DNA from: Paraglomus brasilianum
Taxonomy: Eukaryota
DNA: 56,048 nt
NCBI GenBank assembly: GCA_910592345.1
Contig: CAJVPI010000091.1
Coordinates: forward strand, 1-56,048
Direction: 5' to 3'
Part shown: positions 14,088-27,109 of the stretch, one piece after another
Layout: the number at the start of each line of letters is the position of its first letter
Numbering within the stretch: the stretch's first letter is position 1
Position numbers and translations under genes: made by a program
The notes under the pieces: generated by a model
What the model saw: only the letters and a program-made list of their open reading frames with translations
Told to the model about the DNA's origin: nothing
Databases searched by the model: none

Positions 14088-16874
14088 CCGTAGAATATGC
14101 CTGTATAATATTGTTGTATAGTAATTATACGCATAATTAGATATTTATTTAATAACTTATTTAATTTGATAGATATTTTTACGAGCATTGGGCACAGGCA
14201 GATAGAATTGTTGATAAACAATTGACTATATAAAAAGATTGTTTAAAGATTACACTTGGAATTGCGATATGTGTTCTTTGTAAAACGGGACCCGCTTTTT
14301 TGCACATGTTTATCTATCTATTCTGATAGTGTATTTTCAAGTTAGCTACGATCATTGTTGCGGCGTTGATTCCTTATTAGTCACTCGCATTGCTAATCAA
14401 TACGATTTACCAGTATCACCATTTCGGAAAGGGTTCGTTAGAAAGAACGTTCGATAATTGGAACATTTTCAACGAGGGTACGGTACTACTCATGCACGGT
14501 TTAATCTAGGCACCTGCGAAAAAGGGAAACTCTCCAGGGACGTTGAACAGGCCATAAAGAAAATGCGCGCCCTTCCCCTCCCTCTAAAGAAAGAACTAGC
14601 GTAATCGAAAACTCAAAGGGAAAAGACCGCTACGCTGCATTGGTTTAAAATGGCAACAAGCATGTGTTTACGGCCACTTTTGTGATGTAAAACTCGGTTT
14701 TCGTCCCGACAATACCTGCATAGCATGCATGTTACCCGTCGTACGATTTTTCTCAACTGTTTTTCATATGAAATTCCCGTGATTCAAAGTTCCGATTAGT
14801 TTAAAGTTTGAGATCCGCTTCAGAACCCGCTTTTTTGACGATACTGGAAAAAACAACAACAGTCGGTGTGCCCGAAGCAATTGCATTGAAATTTACGAAC
14901 GACTCCTGTCTAGTACTAATGTTGCTAAGTCCATGGCGTCATTACAGTTAAACTTGCTGGGAGATTACGGGAAAACACTGAGCGAGTAAGGAAAAGATTG
15001 GCCCCGGCTTTTTTTATACATGCAACAGTTTATATGTAGTGATACATAGAAGTGTGAGATGGCTTACAAAGATAATGAACAGATGATTCTGCAAGCTGCA
15101 GTAAAAGGATATACAAAGCAAGCATCATGGTCATGTTGAGTAAGAGAGTAACTACTAGATTTATTTTTAATTGTTTACTATTTGCAAATATGCAAATACC
15201 AACACCAAAAATACCAACCATTAGTAGCTGTTCTCTACGATACTCGAGAATTTTGCCATGGTCTCCATAAGTGTTAATTCTGCCACCACAGGTTTATTGC
15301 TTTATTAATTCGTTATAAAGCTTTTATTTATATTTACGAATTTAATGACTAATTACATGCTCAAATAATAAATTTTTATCCCTTCTTCTTCAAAGACCAT
15401 TTGACTAAGCACACATATAGGCACAGTTATTATGTAATAGTTAAAATGCCGACTTGAATACCATTTTATCATAGAAATGCTTCATGTGCTAAAATTTAAC
15501 CTTTACCAGTACATCTGTGATCCCAGTCTAACCCCAATCTTGTGCATTATGCGCTTCTAGTCTGTGTCTACCAATGCTTACCCGCCTTATCTCTAGTGTA
15601 TATTTAGTATGTACCCCAGTTGTTATGTACAATGTATCTCAAAGGCGCATACACAGATAGGCGCTGGATAAGGCGCTGGTCAGGTGTTGGGTAAGGCGCT
15701 GGGTATACGCCAGTTATATCCATGTGCATTAAAAACTACTCGTCCCAACCAGTAAGTCAAGGGCCGGTTATGCCGAATGCTCTATCAACACGCTTTTTTA
15801 AATCACACAATTCGACTAACAGCACGAGATCTTCGTATTTATATTAATGCGCGCGTCGTTCGAGTAACGCACGGAATGCAATTGCTCGTGCTTTACTTTG
15901 TCATATGAAAATATTACCCGTAAGTTGTATTATGGCCCACATTTGAGGAAAGCAATAAGGCATCCGACTAAGGATGATCTACACGAGAAAAAAATCCCGT
16001 ATTCCTCTAATATTTAATGGAAAATCACGTTGGTAGCCCGCAAAAGTATAAGACTGTAGGCTAAAAATCGTGCAATAACATGCAGTGTAACTGTAATTAT
16101 GAATTACTATCGAGTCTGTTTTCCAAAGACACGGTTAGTTATCTGTTCTCGGTTAAATTTGTCCGAGCGCGTGCAAAGTTCAGCAAGTAGCCGCTACAAC
16201 GTTTACCACTTTTATAACATATTCGGGCAATATAGAACAAACAATTTTTACGTTACAAAATGCATTTATTGGTCGAGAAAATTTAAACTCGTGTTGTAAA
16301 AGTGCGCGTTGCTTTAAAGCGTAATATATATACTGTATATACACTTTTGAGCATTTGTAATACCGAAACTAACTGTTTCAGGCCAGCAATTGTTATTTAG
16401 GGCGCAAAAAATTATAACCTGCTGAACTAAAGGCAAACCAGAATAAGCCTACCGGTAATTCATCACGCGCGTAATTAATTTAGGTTTTACGTATCGAAAG
16501 GCATAGTCTGTGTCAAATTAAAAGCAAAAGTTTTTACAGTTTGTCTTATATAAACAGAAATTTTCTATTCAAGTTACAAAGTTTGTCTATTGAAAGTTGC
16601 AATGAGTTTTTTCGGCGTAAAGTGGGTTGAATAAATTAAAATTATGTATCTCAACAGTATATCTGGGGTACTCAAGAACTAGCTGCTGAGCCTTTTTTCT
16701 TTCTTACATAATGTTTCTAGTTTGGCACGCTTGACTGGTATAATTTTAACTGCATACGGAGAGAATTTTTTTAATCCTGCAGAAAGCTTGCTCCTGCCTT
16801 CTCGCATACAATTGTAGGAACAATGTGATAGAAAGAACACAGAGGAAACATGAATTTAATAAATGCTTGATTGT

Positions 16875-16963
16875 GGACCTGTCTCAGTTCTGGACTGACA
16901 CAACTGAGTTCTGGACTGAGTGGCTGGGTTCGGAGCTGAGACAGGTCCCGAACTCAGACACAA
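16875..16963. repeat. Short hairpin-forming dispersed repeat, copy 1
   Basis: GGACCTGTCTCAG...CTGAGACAGGTCC inverted arms; a close copy lies at 39831-39898. Confidence 0.8.
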
Positions 16964-19681
16964 TACATCCACCAATTATTATTTACTTGATATTTTATTG
17001 CCTATATTATGAATGCGAGTTATAACTGCCCATTTTTGACCTTCTTTGGCTTTCTCATTGATACAAACCAATCCGTATAGAGGCGACACGTCGTGCCACT
17101 TGCTTGTGATATTGTGTCGGTGTTGTATTATTTCGCATTCTTATTTATTGAAACCGACATGGCTATTGCTAAAAAACTTGTTTTTATAAGAATTTAGAGG
17201 GGCAAGCATTACAGGTTTTAACGCACAATCAAACTAGTGGGATCTATTTGATTAACTATATAGTAGCACAAAAATTTATCTGGTAATAAGGAATACATTC
17301 GACATTATAACGCCTTAAGTAAGGCAGACACGTTAGCAAGACCGTGTTAAAGAGCTAAATTAATATTATTTTTAGTTAGAAGTTCAAGGAACTGCTCTTT
17401 AGCGCGTCTAATTGGATAAAAGTTCACAATAGACTTTATTTTTATATGATAATTATAATATGGGACATGCTGCAACAAAACCAGACAAAGTGAACATTTG
17501 ATTATGTGAGCTAAAGATTACTAGTATGGTTGAAAAATTGGCTAGAGTGACTGATTTTTTTTTAGCTTTGATTTAGTATTAGTGGCCCAATAATTCTAAC
17601 TCATCAGGAGATATTTGGTCTTGATTGGCTAAGAGATCTTTACCTTTAAGAAAAAGGGTTTTGGCTTTTAAGTTTTCCTCTTCACTAGCTTTTGGGTTTT
17701 GTTTATTCTTCCTTTCTAATTCTTCATCTAATACTAAAAGAGCAAGATTTAAGTTTCTTAAATAAACCGGAACAATTATAGTTTTTTTACACACACACAC
17801 ACATATATATATATATACACTTAGACCTATATATTTTATTGTAAATAGTTCATAATGTGAGAAATTAATACCAATACTTTACAGAAATTATAATTTTCAC
17901 AAATTACTAATACTAATACAACTAAAGGTGACTATAATTTGTACTAGAAGTTTCGAATAAAAAAAAATCGATCAGATTCTGAGATTTTACATGTTTGTTA
18001 ATAGCATTGAAACAAGATAGGGTTAGTGCTCTACTTTACGCCTAATGCCAAGTCACAAAGTTGTTCCCTGTCCCCGCAGATATTCTTGATAAATCTATCT
18101 CCAATCAATGTCACAAAATTATGGAACTTTATGATGGTCCAAGAAAAAAACCACTGAATGAAGATGTTTATGACAATAATGGAATTGATGAAGAAGAATT
18201 TACTGAGATAAATGTGGCAGAAAACCAGCCAAGGTGAATTTGGTAAACATGCCCCATGATATTAATGTTTTCTTGGGTCTAAACGAGAGCTATGCTCATC
18301 TACAAAAGTAAAAAACCTTTCTGATTTAGCGTCTACCAAACTGATGTTATCTCCTTCTGAAGAGCAAAACTGTGATATCTATTTATAAATGTAAATGAAC
18401 AATAATCTTATCTTATTTTTCATAAGTTGAATATTTTACTTAAACGTCTTCTCAATGTTAAACAGAATTTTAGTTCTGATAGTGCAAATGCTTTCTTCCT
18501 GACTTTCTCAAATTATGTATTATAATAATACTATGCCACTGGCATTCCACACCACAATTACTTCTCCCACTACATGAACAGTACAAGTACAGCACCAGAC
18601 TGTGACTTTATAACAAATATAACAAATGAATACAATAATCGACAAATTACCCAGCCCCCAAAGAGATAATATTCTAGATATAAGAACTAAAATCTAACAG
18701 CAAGTTGCGCTTCTTATATATCTAATCGAGCTGTCATTTCTTCTATGCTATATCATTGGCACGTACGACTTTCCAGCGCGACTCTGATTAACTAATTGCT
18801 CACTGGTGTACACCGCGGGTGCTATGACAGCTTGTACGGTTGCCACATCTCGATGATATACGCGAGTTCTAAAATTCTCCTGGAACTTGGAAATATCGGG
18901 AGAAATATACGTCATCGACTTTGTACCTTCACAAAACCTTCAACTGTTCCCAGTCGCTATGGGATTGTTTAATAATTGTAGAATTAATTTTATATTATTA
19001 TAAGCCATTAGTGTGTAATTAATATAATAATACAGTCAACCTCTCTAAATGCACGGCAATTGCTCAGTACTTAAGAGATAAGTGCACGTTCTATGTTCTG
19101 CAATTGCAAGCTTTCTTTCGGCCCATCTCTATTACTATGTTGAAATAAAGCAATTTCACATTTTCACATAATTAAAAAAAAAAAAAAAAGGAAGAAGAAG
19201 AAGAAGAAGAAAGGAAGACTAAGACTCTTTCGCATTAATACTTGGATTTAATAAATTACGACTTCCATCAAATGAAGTGCCAAATGTACTAACATCACAA
19301 ATTTTAGTGTACAGTATATATTATGCAAAGAGGTCACGTAAAACAAAATGATTAGCTTTCTCTAAATGCACGCTGTATTGGTGTCCTACTAATATTACAT
19401 TGCGCATTTCAACAAATGATCTGTAACACAACTGGCGCGCAATTACAATAGCATTTTGTGCTCTATCACTCACCAATGCAAAAGCGAGAGCTCTGATTAC
19501 ATGCCTCATTCTCGACAATAAAACGGATTATAAATGTAGATTGCCAAACTGTTAGCACCAGTTGTCATTGTAAAATCATCCAGAAAGTGTCAGGCAGTCC
19601 TGAAAAGAAATTAAGCGTTACACGCGGAAACGATTCAATCTCACAGATGGCGATCATTTGATCACCTCTGTCCGTATAGTA

Positions 19682-20839
19682 ATGGAATCGACTTATAAAA
19701 GTCTCGTCGATTACTTAGTGAGTAAGCTCAAATGGTAAAATCAGAACAAATGCATCCAAATTGACTCCCTTCTACTCAACGTTAAATATAATTCGAAATA
19801 TTACGTACCCTTTGTTCTATATCAACAGCCTTCCAGCTCGCAGGAGATTTCTCCTTGCAATTGCTGGAATTCCAGGTAATTTATATGTAATCAACTCATG
19901 GACGCAGGACACTACCTTTCTTTCTGAATCAGCTTCGTTCATCAGGATCGGGCAAATCAACGTTTGCGAAGAACATAGTGAATGGAGTCAATAATAGTTT
20001 TGAGCATGAAGCAGCTGTACTTGTTCCAATGGATGGATTCCACTATACTAAAAAGGAATTAGAAGGGTTTGAGGTGCATTGAGACGTGAACTTGTGGTGT
20101 GATTTCGTTTCACTACAAGCAAATAAATAATTCTGCTCTTACTCGATTGATCGCGAAGAATCCGGAAGAAGCACGTATGCGCAGAGGAGCGCATTGGACG
20201 TTCAACGCCCAAGGTTACTATGTTTGATATAAATTGTTTATGGCATATTAGTATTTGTACTGACTATATCTGGGTTATGCAGGTCTACTGTCTCTAATTT
20301 CTTTGTTGCGTGAAGACATAACCGATGCCCCCATCTTCGCTCCATCGTTTATTCATGGCATTGGTGATCCGAAAGAAGACGATATACAAGTGTCCATAAC
20401 GTATGTAATATCTCACGCTTGACACTCATTCAGTCTGTTACTTATCCTATATTGCAGTCACCGATTGGTGGTTCTCGAAGGTCTGTATCTGCATTTGACG
20501 GAACCTCCACCGTGGAACGAAATATCATCGAATATGGATGAATTGTGGTTCATCACTGTGGATCCTGCTTTAGCGCGAAGTAGACTTATAAAAAGACACA
20601 TGAAGAGTGGCATCGGTGTGTAATAATTTCGATATCAATAATGGTAAATTTGTATTGTGGGAGAACGACATAGTCAGTTTGATGACCATTATTCGTACAT
20701 TTGATTAGCATTGACCGAGGATGCAGCAGCACACAGAGCAGATACCAACGACATACCCAATGGTGAATTTCTTCTCAAGTACAGTGCTGCTCCTGATAGG
20801 ATCATACAAAGTATAGAAGAGGAAGGGCATGGAATATGA
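19682..20839 (+). CDS. YFH7: YFH7-like P-loop kinase (phosphoribulokinase/uridine kinase family), about 7 exons
   Basis: Spliced translation MESTYKSLVDYLVSKLKC/LPARRRFLLAIAGIP/GSGKST (Walker A), VPMDGFH, RRGAHWTFN, APSF.HG.GDP.EDDI, VVLEGLYL, DELWFI, RLIKRH..SGI, RADTNDIPNG; canonical GT-AG introns. Confidence 0.88.
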
Positions 20840-21913
20840 GCATTGTCAGTGAGAATGAGCTTATTACTTTTGTGAAATGCGTTTGATAATATGCAATTGA
20901 TTCTAATGGAACATTTATTACATTATAGACTGACAATTAATGGGATCGTGCTTCATAACTTGCTTTTCAAAAGCCCATGTATATTAAATTTATTGTGTTA
21001 AGCAAAATCGAATTTACGTCACGATAAATATTGGCATTTTTTTTTACCCCCCAACGTCGTTGACGGTTCTATACCATCACCTTCATTGTTTCATGAGTGC
21101 TGTTTTGGTGCTTTTGGGTAAAATCACAGGTAACAAAATTTCCTCACTTGCAAAAGTTAATATAACGTGTCACGCGATTATGCAACAATTTCAAAAATGT
21201 GTACGGGATAAAACCGTACAGATAGTAGATGAAAAGCTCAAAATTTCCAAGATGTAAACCAATGGGCGGGTTTAATCGTGGAAGATAATAAAGAAGAAAA
21301 ACGGTCGCATTACCGTAAATGTCTGGTTTTGAATCATAGACATTGCAAGAATCACATCGACTACGTTGTAAACACGCGTAAATTAGTCTCGCAAGAAGTG
21401 GTTACAAACAATATTATAATATTTAAAGGTCATCTCCCGTAGTCAATATTTCAATTAGACAACTATCGAACTGGTAGTTCGCCAGAAGCAATCACATACA
21501 TAATAATACCAAATGCATATGTGTCTGATTTCTGAGTAAACTTGCGAAATGCCTCGAATGGTTGACTCGCGCGAATTTACCAATCGTGAGAGACAAAGAA
21601 GTGTCAACATCGCATTTGACGAGAATTATTTTCTGTCATTATAATTATGCTCTGCAATTCGGATGAAATAGTATGATTGGATACCGAAAAATCCGCATGC
21701 TGTATCACAGTCGCACAAGCTCAATGTGACAAATTTTTTACGTATATAGAAAGTTATAACAATTGAAGATAATTTTTGCGATATTTGATTTTCGTTGTAA
21801 ATTGTGCGTTGTTATTAACGCTGTCTACAACAAAGGAAAAAAACAATACAATTTTAAAAATTCAATTATTGTTGTTTTATGATCTGCCCACAGGCTAAAC
21901 GATTACCCTCTAG

Positions 21914-24605
21914 TTACGAATTTAAAATAGCCCACTGAACATAATAGAGATCTAAATGGATAAGGTGAGATAGAGGAGGGGAAGGAATAACGAAGTTACT
22001 TGGCATCCCGTGATAAATGCATGTCAGTGGAATATTTATAATGCATTGCCCTTGTGTAATATTAAGTGGCTCTCCTCGACGATTGATTGTGCCAAATTCG
22101 TACTAAATAGAGAATATATATTAATCGTTCAATTCTGTGCTAAAAAGTATGTAATAATAAAGCATACCATTACGGGGGCAAATGCACCAGCGGACGTCCG
22201 ATTATCTATGCAATAGTGCCAAGCCTATTAAAAAAGAAACATTATTCAAATAGTGCCAAGAAAACTGCGTGGAAGTTAAACCTTGCTTATAACTTACCGT
22301 CATCTCTGTTGGAATCGCAGCGCCTGGTGGGTTTAATTTAATGGCAATTGCATCGTAAACTCTATTTTGTTGAAGCCAGTAAGTCTCTATTTTTCTAATA
22401 AGATCTGAGAATGAGCGACCTCAATTATAAGATTGGGCCAAGGTTTATTCTAAGAATATATTTCATTTAATTAGAAATTCAAAACGAACACATTAGTAAA
22501 GAAACAAGGGCAAAACCGCTTCATACTTTTCCACCATATCCATTCCTACGCACTTGAGGTTTTCTCGCAGGTTGAAGAGACGCATCCGCCTCTTTCCCTC
22601 CTCCAGATGCTTTTAGTCAAAGATATAAGTAATAGAAACATATGTAGAATACAGTAGCATAAAAAAACAATGAACACTCACTAATCGCGTCAGCAAGGAG
22701 AATACCGGAAGGAGTGCCTAACACGGCGGAAAATTGTACACCAAATAACCCTATAATGGTACTGATACTATTCCCATGGGCTGACGAGGGAAGTTCCACT
22801 ACACGAACAGTTTCATCTTCCCACTCCCAAAAGTTTTTTATATTATGTTTGTCGGTTTGAATAATGTATTCGTTCAATGAGACACAAGTCTTGTTGCGAA
22901 CTCCGATCTTCAAATAAAAAAAATGATATGGTAAGTTTATATTATATGCAGTATGAGACATTCTCAGGAATTAATTTACCTTCAAAACGGCATCCTTTAT
23001 TCCATAATCACGTACTTGTGCCAAAAAAACTATACACTCTCTTCCAGTTCCAAGGTGAGATGTAATCTGCACATGGATATGATTTCCAGAGTGTAATCTG
23101 ATATAGATACCATCTTTGATGAAAGAAGCCAAGAGACTTTCAGGAGAAATTGATGACTTATTCCTATACATATATGTTTCATCATTATTTTGAGATTCTT
23201 TTTTTTTCACCAGAAGCTCTCATGGACAGGTCATTATGATAACACTCAATTATGCCAGCAATAAGTGAGGCAGTCTTTTTATTCCATTCATAAGTCTGAC
23301 TTTCCTCAAACTTCACTTTTGGGTTATTAGTATTATTTAATACAAGTTGGATTTTCACAAATAACCAAAACTTCCCATCTGTTAAACATCCATAGAAAAC
23401 GTTTGTTAGAGGTGGATCTGCTGCAAGGTATGCCCTGGCATATTTTACTAGTTGACCTTTCCCTTCAGTTACTTTTGAACCATCTTTTAAATCACTCTTA
23501 ACTTCCCAACCCAGACCCTTTGATAAATCAGGTGGGATTTTTGTCAATTCCTTGTAGAAATCGGCATGGCCAATTATGATATCAGGGAAAACATCATCTT
23601 TCATCTGGCCGCCACCAGCCACCATCTCCGAATACAAATAAATCACGTGAGTGCACCTGATTTAAGATTTCACTGGTTTCATTCACAATATTCTTACAAA
23701 ATGGTTGGGTTATATTAACTTCACTTGATCCTTGAGCAGGAGGTTCACGGTATTTATCAAAACATAGTCGCCAGCCCCTCTTTGTGGTTTTATATCGGTA
23801 TCCTCCTCGATTTCCCAACGTTGGAAGTCTCCTCTACTTTTACAAAATTGTACACAGAAGCAGAACGCTGTGTATTGGATAGCCTAAGAAGGAAAATCTC
23901 ATATTTCAAAATCTTAATTCCTGGATATATTGTTCTGAAAATGGAAATAGTGATGCACATGTTAAAAAGTAACTATAACGGCGAAAAAGCAGTACGTTCA
24001 CTCGCATTGACCAAATTTATTATGGCTCACTTACCATTAGCACCGGGTTGCTCTACGATGACGTGAATGTGTTTTTTGGGCGGGTTTAACGATAAGAAGC
24101 AGGAAAGAAAAGCACGAGAATAAGTATTCGGTACCGCGATCATAGCTTCACAACAGGTATAGAAAAAAACACACAACAATAACCTACTCTACCCTATGTC
24201 CACTACTCTATGTCCCCAACGCCCGAGTCACAAAGTCATTACCTGCTTGAGTAGCTGAGGCAGCGCGCAGCGCGTCAGCCAACACACCTTCCCATACCAT
24301 AGATATCTTTTATCACCTTGACTACCCTATGTACACACTGTTTTATAGAACTTACTTTGACTATTTAACTGAATGGCAAAGTCTGATATTCTTTTTGCCG
24401 GTCCTGGTTTCAGTCCATATCGTTCCAAATCTTCTTGTTTCAATCTTAGAAAGTCATAACCGGCGACTTCATTTTCACGGAGCACATTAATATGTTGTTC
24501 ACTTAGATTTAAAATTCGTTGATTTTGTAGGTAAGCGATAAGAATTTCCGTATTATATCCTTCAACGTCTTCCACCGAGGGATCAGTAGTGGTACTTGTA
24601 GACAT
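21914..24605 (-). pseudogene. Crinkler-type mosaic locus: SAM-like domain, CRN HIHVIVEQP remnant, PD-(D/E)xK nuclease, kinase N-lobe fragment, Uma2-like nuclease; at least two frameshifts
   Basis: MSTSTTTDPSVEDV..L.EN.VAG.DFL.L..EDLERYGLKPGPAKRI (SAM-like). PPKKHIHVIVEQP at ~24043-24081. FPDII..WEVK..GQL..Y..YGCLTDGKFWLF (REase fold). HLGTGRECIVFLA..DAVLK (kinase subdomains I-II). WEW..VVELPSSAH..KEADASLQP..WPNLIIEVAHSQ..YEFGT..LDLYYVQWAILNS* (Uma2-like), ending at 21914. Confidence 0.75.
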
Positions 24606-24815
24606 TTTCGATTTGAAAAAAATAACGGCGGTAGACAATTTTGCCTGTGATATTAATATATCAACGCTGATCAGTGGCTTGCACAACCGAAATGTGTGAC
24701 AGGTTATGCAGCAACTGTCCCGATACATTATTTAAAACGCTGAAAATGCATATGTAAAAATAATTGAAATAATGGACTTTGGGATCATCATTTTATTGTA
24801 TGATTTATTTTCATA

Positions 24816-25900
24816 CAGTGGCCTATCAAAAGTCACCGGACCCCCAAAATTTACTAGGAAAACATATGGAATGTCTTTCTTTTCAAAAATCTCTCCGGCA
24901 CATGTGTACTATACGAAGGATAATATTTTTTTTGTATGGTTCGGAAGCTAATTGATTGTGCTTTTCCAAAAAATTAACAAAAAATTTTTATATATTATCG
25001 TTATAAAGTGGTAGCAAGTTGAAGTACATAGCTGTCTTTAAATTAAATAAAGTCGCATTAATATTGTAGCTGTCTTTAAATCACGATATAAAAATCTATA
25101 ATTATATATTGCGTTATAATTCACTCACATTTAGAATGATCGCACCACGTAATAACAATTGTATGTAAAAATAAAAACTTCTTTGCTTGAACAGAGCCAA
25201 AACAACAATATCAATCAACAAACGTTATTCTTGTGATTTGTAGTCTATATGACAGCGAAAGGGAGACCGTGTTTTCATTAAATTGGGACGACTTGCGGGT
25301 TTTGTTTTTATTTAAAAGTTTGAAGACAAATTGCAAAAGAGTAACATAATCAGGATATTTACAATGATTGATACAAATTTTGCTGATGTCTTGTTTATTA
25401 CTTTTTACAAACAACGTACAGTACATTTGCATATTCACTAGAGCAATTGCATGGGAGAAATACTCGGACCCAAAGCCATTGATGAGTATCCATATACTTT
25501 GGTCGCTCTAGTGAAATCTATGTTACATATTATTGGTAATTTATTTAATATATTCAGCTTCACTCCTTCTTTCTTTATCTAGCCATTTTTTAAGCGCTCC
25601 GATCGTTTTTCTCGAGAATTGGTTTTTTTGTTTGTGAAGCCTTTTAGAATAAAGGCAACAGCGCCTTTTTTCGCATAATTTGTGGGATTTTATAATCGCT
25701 TTGTTAAACAAGACTGAGTCCAGCTCAGAATTTTTGTCAAATAACTTATTAAAATCTTTCCATAATTGTGTTATATTTGATGAGTATTTTCGCTTAATTG
25801 GCTTTGATTTTATCGCTTGAACAAGCGATTGAATTATATCAAGAAATTGATTGTGGGGTTTATAGGATAGAAAATACCAGCAATAAGCGTGATCAATAGT
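24816..25900 (-). mobile_element. Decayed Tc1/mariner remnant
   Basis: TA-CAGTGGCCTATCAAAAGTCACCGGAC resembles the TIR core of the element at 42931-44660. Positions ~24930-24990 match ~43900-43960. Minus-strand ~25590-25735 reads WTQS..KRL*..KGAVAFILKGF..SREKRSERLK, like a Tc1 HTH/GRPR region. The right boundary is uncertain. Confidence 0.5.
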
Positions 25901-26699
25901 AGTAACTCGCAGAAGATTTCAATAGTGAAAGCGAGCATTTCGATTTCGATGTTGGAAAGATTTTATAATTTGATTCGAAATATAGGTAAGCTCATCAGGT
26001 GCCGATCAGTGCAACATTAAAAATATGTTACCGTTACAATCGATCAGTCTTTGATACAAAATGAACAAACGCGCCTAAAGTTTGGATTGGCTGTCCTCCT
26101 AATAATCTATTTAATGTTTTCCTTTTCATACCTTTTATACTTCTATTGTTTTTAATACGATAATGGTAAGAATAAACAAATTTGTCCTGAATTGGCGTCT
26201 TTGTTAATAATATCCAATGATAATAAGAAAGACAGTTATTTGTTTTCTATTTCTTCAGTTTTCGTTTTTTTTCTTGGTTTATCGTTAACGTTCGTTTATT
26301 GTTGATTATTTTCCGTTCTTCTTGATAAATTTCATAAGTAATTTTTTCTTTATCTAGATAGCCTTGGAGAGTTTGGGTATCATTGATTTTAAAAACATAA
26401 GGTGCAATCTTAATGTAAATTAGTTTCATAGTTATATTTTATATAGAGATAACCCTATATTTAATATTGACCATGTTATGATTTCATCTGCAACTTTAAT
26501 GTTAGTCATACAGTATTCTGACGTGATATTAATTTAAAATTGTAATTTGTATATTTATAGGTTACAGCTGTGAATATTCACTAGGTGCTTCAGAATTCTT
26601 TGGATTTCCTGCCGCGCTATTGATTCTACGATTCTATATAGAGCCGGTCGGCAATATTTCGTATCTATTGTTTTTTTTTTAAATTCAGTCAACAGATGA

Positions 26700-27105
26700 C
26701 AAAATTGTTTCTTTCTTTTTTCCCGCAGAAGAAGAGGAAGGCGATGATGAAAGTAGCTCGAAATCTCTCTCTAACATTTTTACTAAAGATGCAGAAGTCG
26801 CACTTGAAACGGCATTCAACTTCCTTCAACTAGGTGACATGGAAATAAATTACGATGAATTTAAAGCCTTTCGAGAAAGGTGGAATTGCATAGTATTGCA
26901 AAGCAAAAACAAACTCGAATAGATTCATTTGTTACTGATTATTAGTATAACTGTTTTATTATATTCATGTATTATTGTTTGTAAATTGAAGTAAAGATAT
27001 TATTCGCACAAGCCTTATTATACCGAATATTACTTGACTTTAGGTTATATAGAGGTACCCGAATGTCTGCCTCCCCCGACACTTCGGTATAACGAGGTTC
27101 GACTG
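26700..27105 (+). mobile_element. 3' end of a pogo/Tigger-like DNA transposon
   Basis: Acidic C-terminal remnant EEEEGDDE..DAEVALETAFNFLQ..YDEFKAFR, then a terminus whose reverse complement is TA-CAGTCGAACCTCGTTATACCGAAG, a pogo-type TIR. Confidence 0.6.
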
Positions 27106-27109
27106 TATA

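Noticed and set aside
17579..18240. Coding-like fragments (DEELERKNKQNPKASEEE; EDVYDNNGIDEEEF)
   Set aside because: Short, unassignable, no gene structure.
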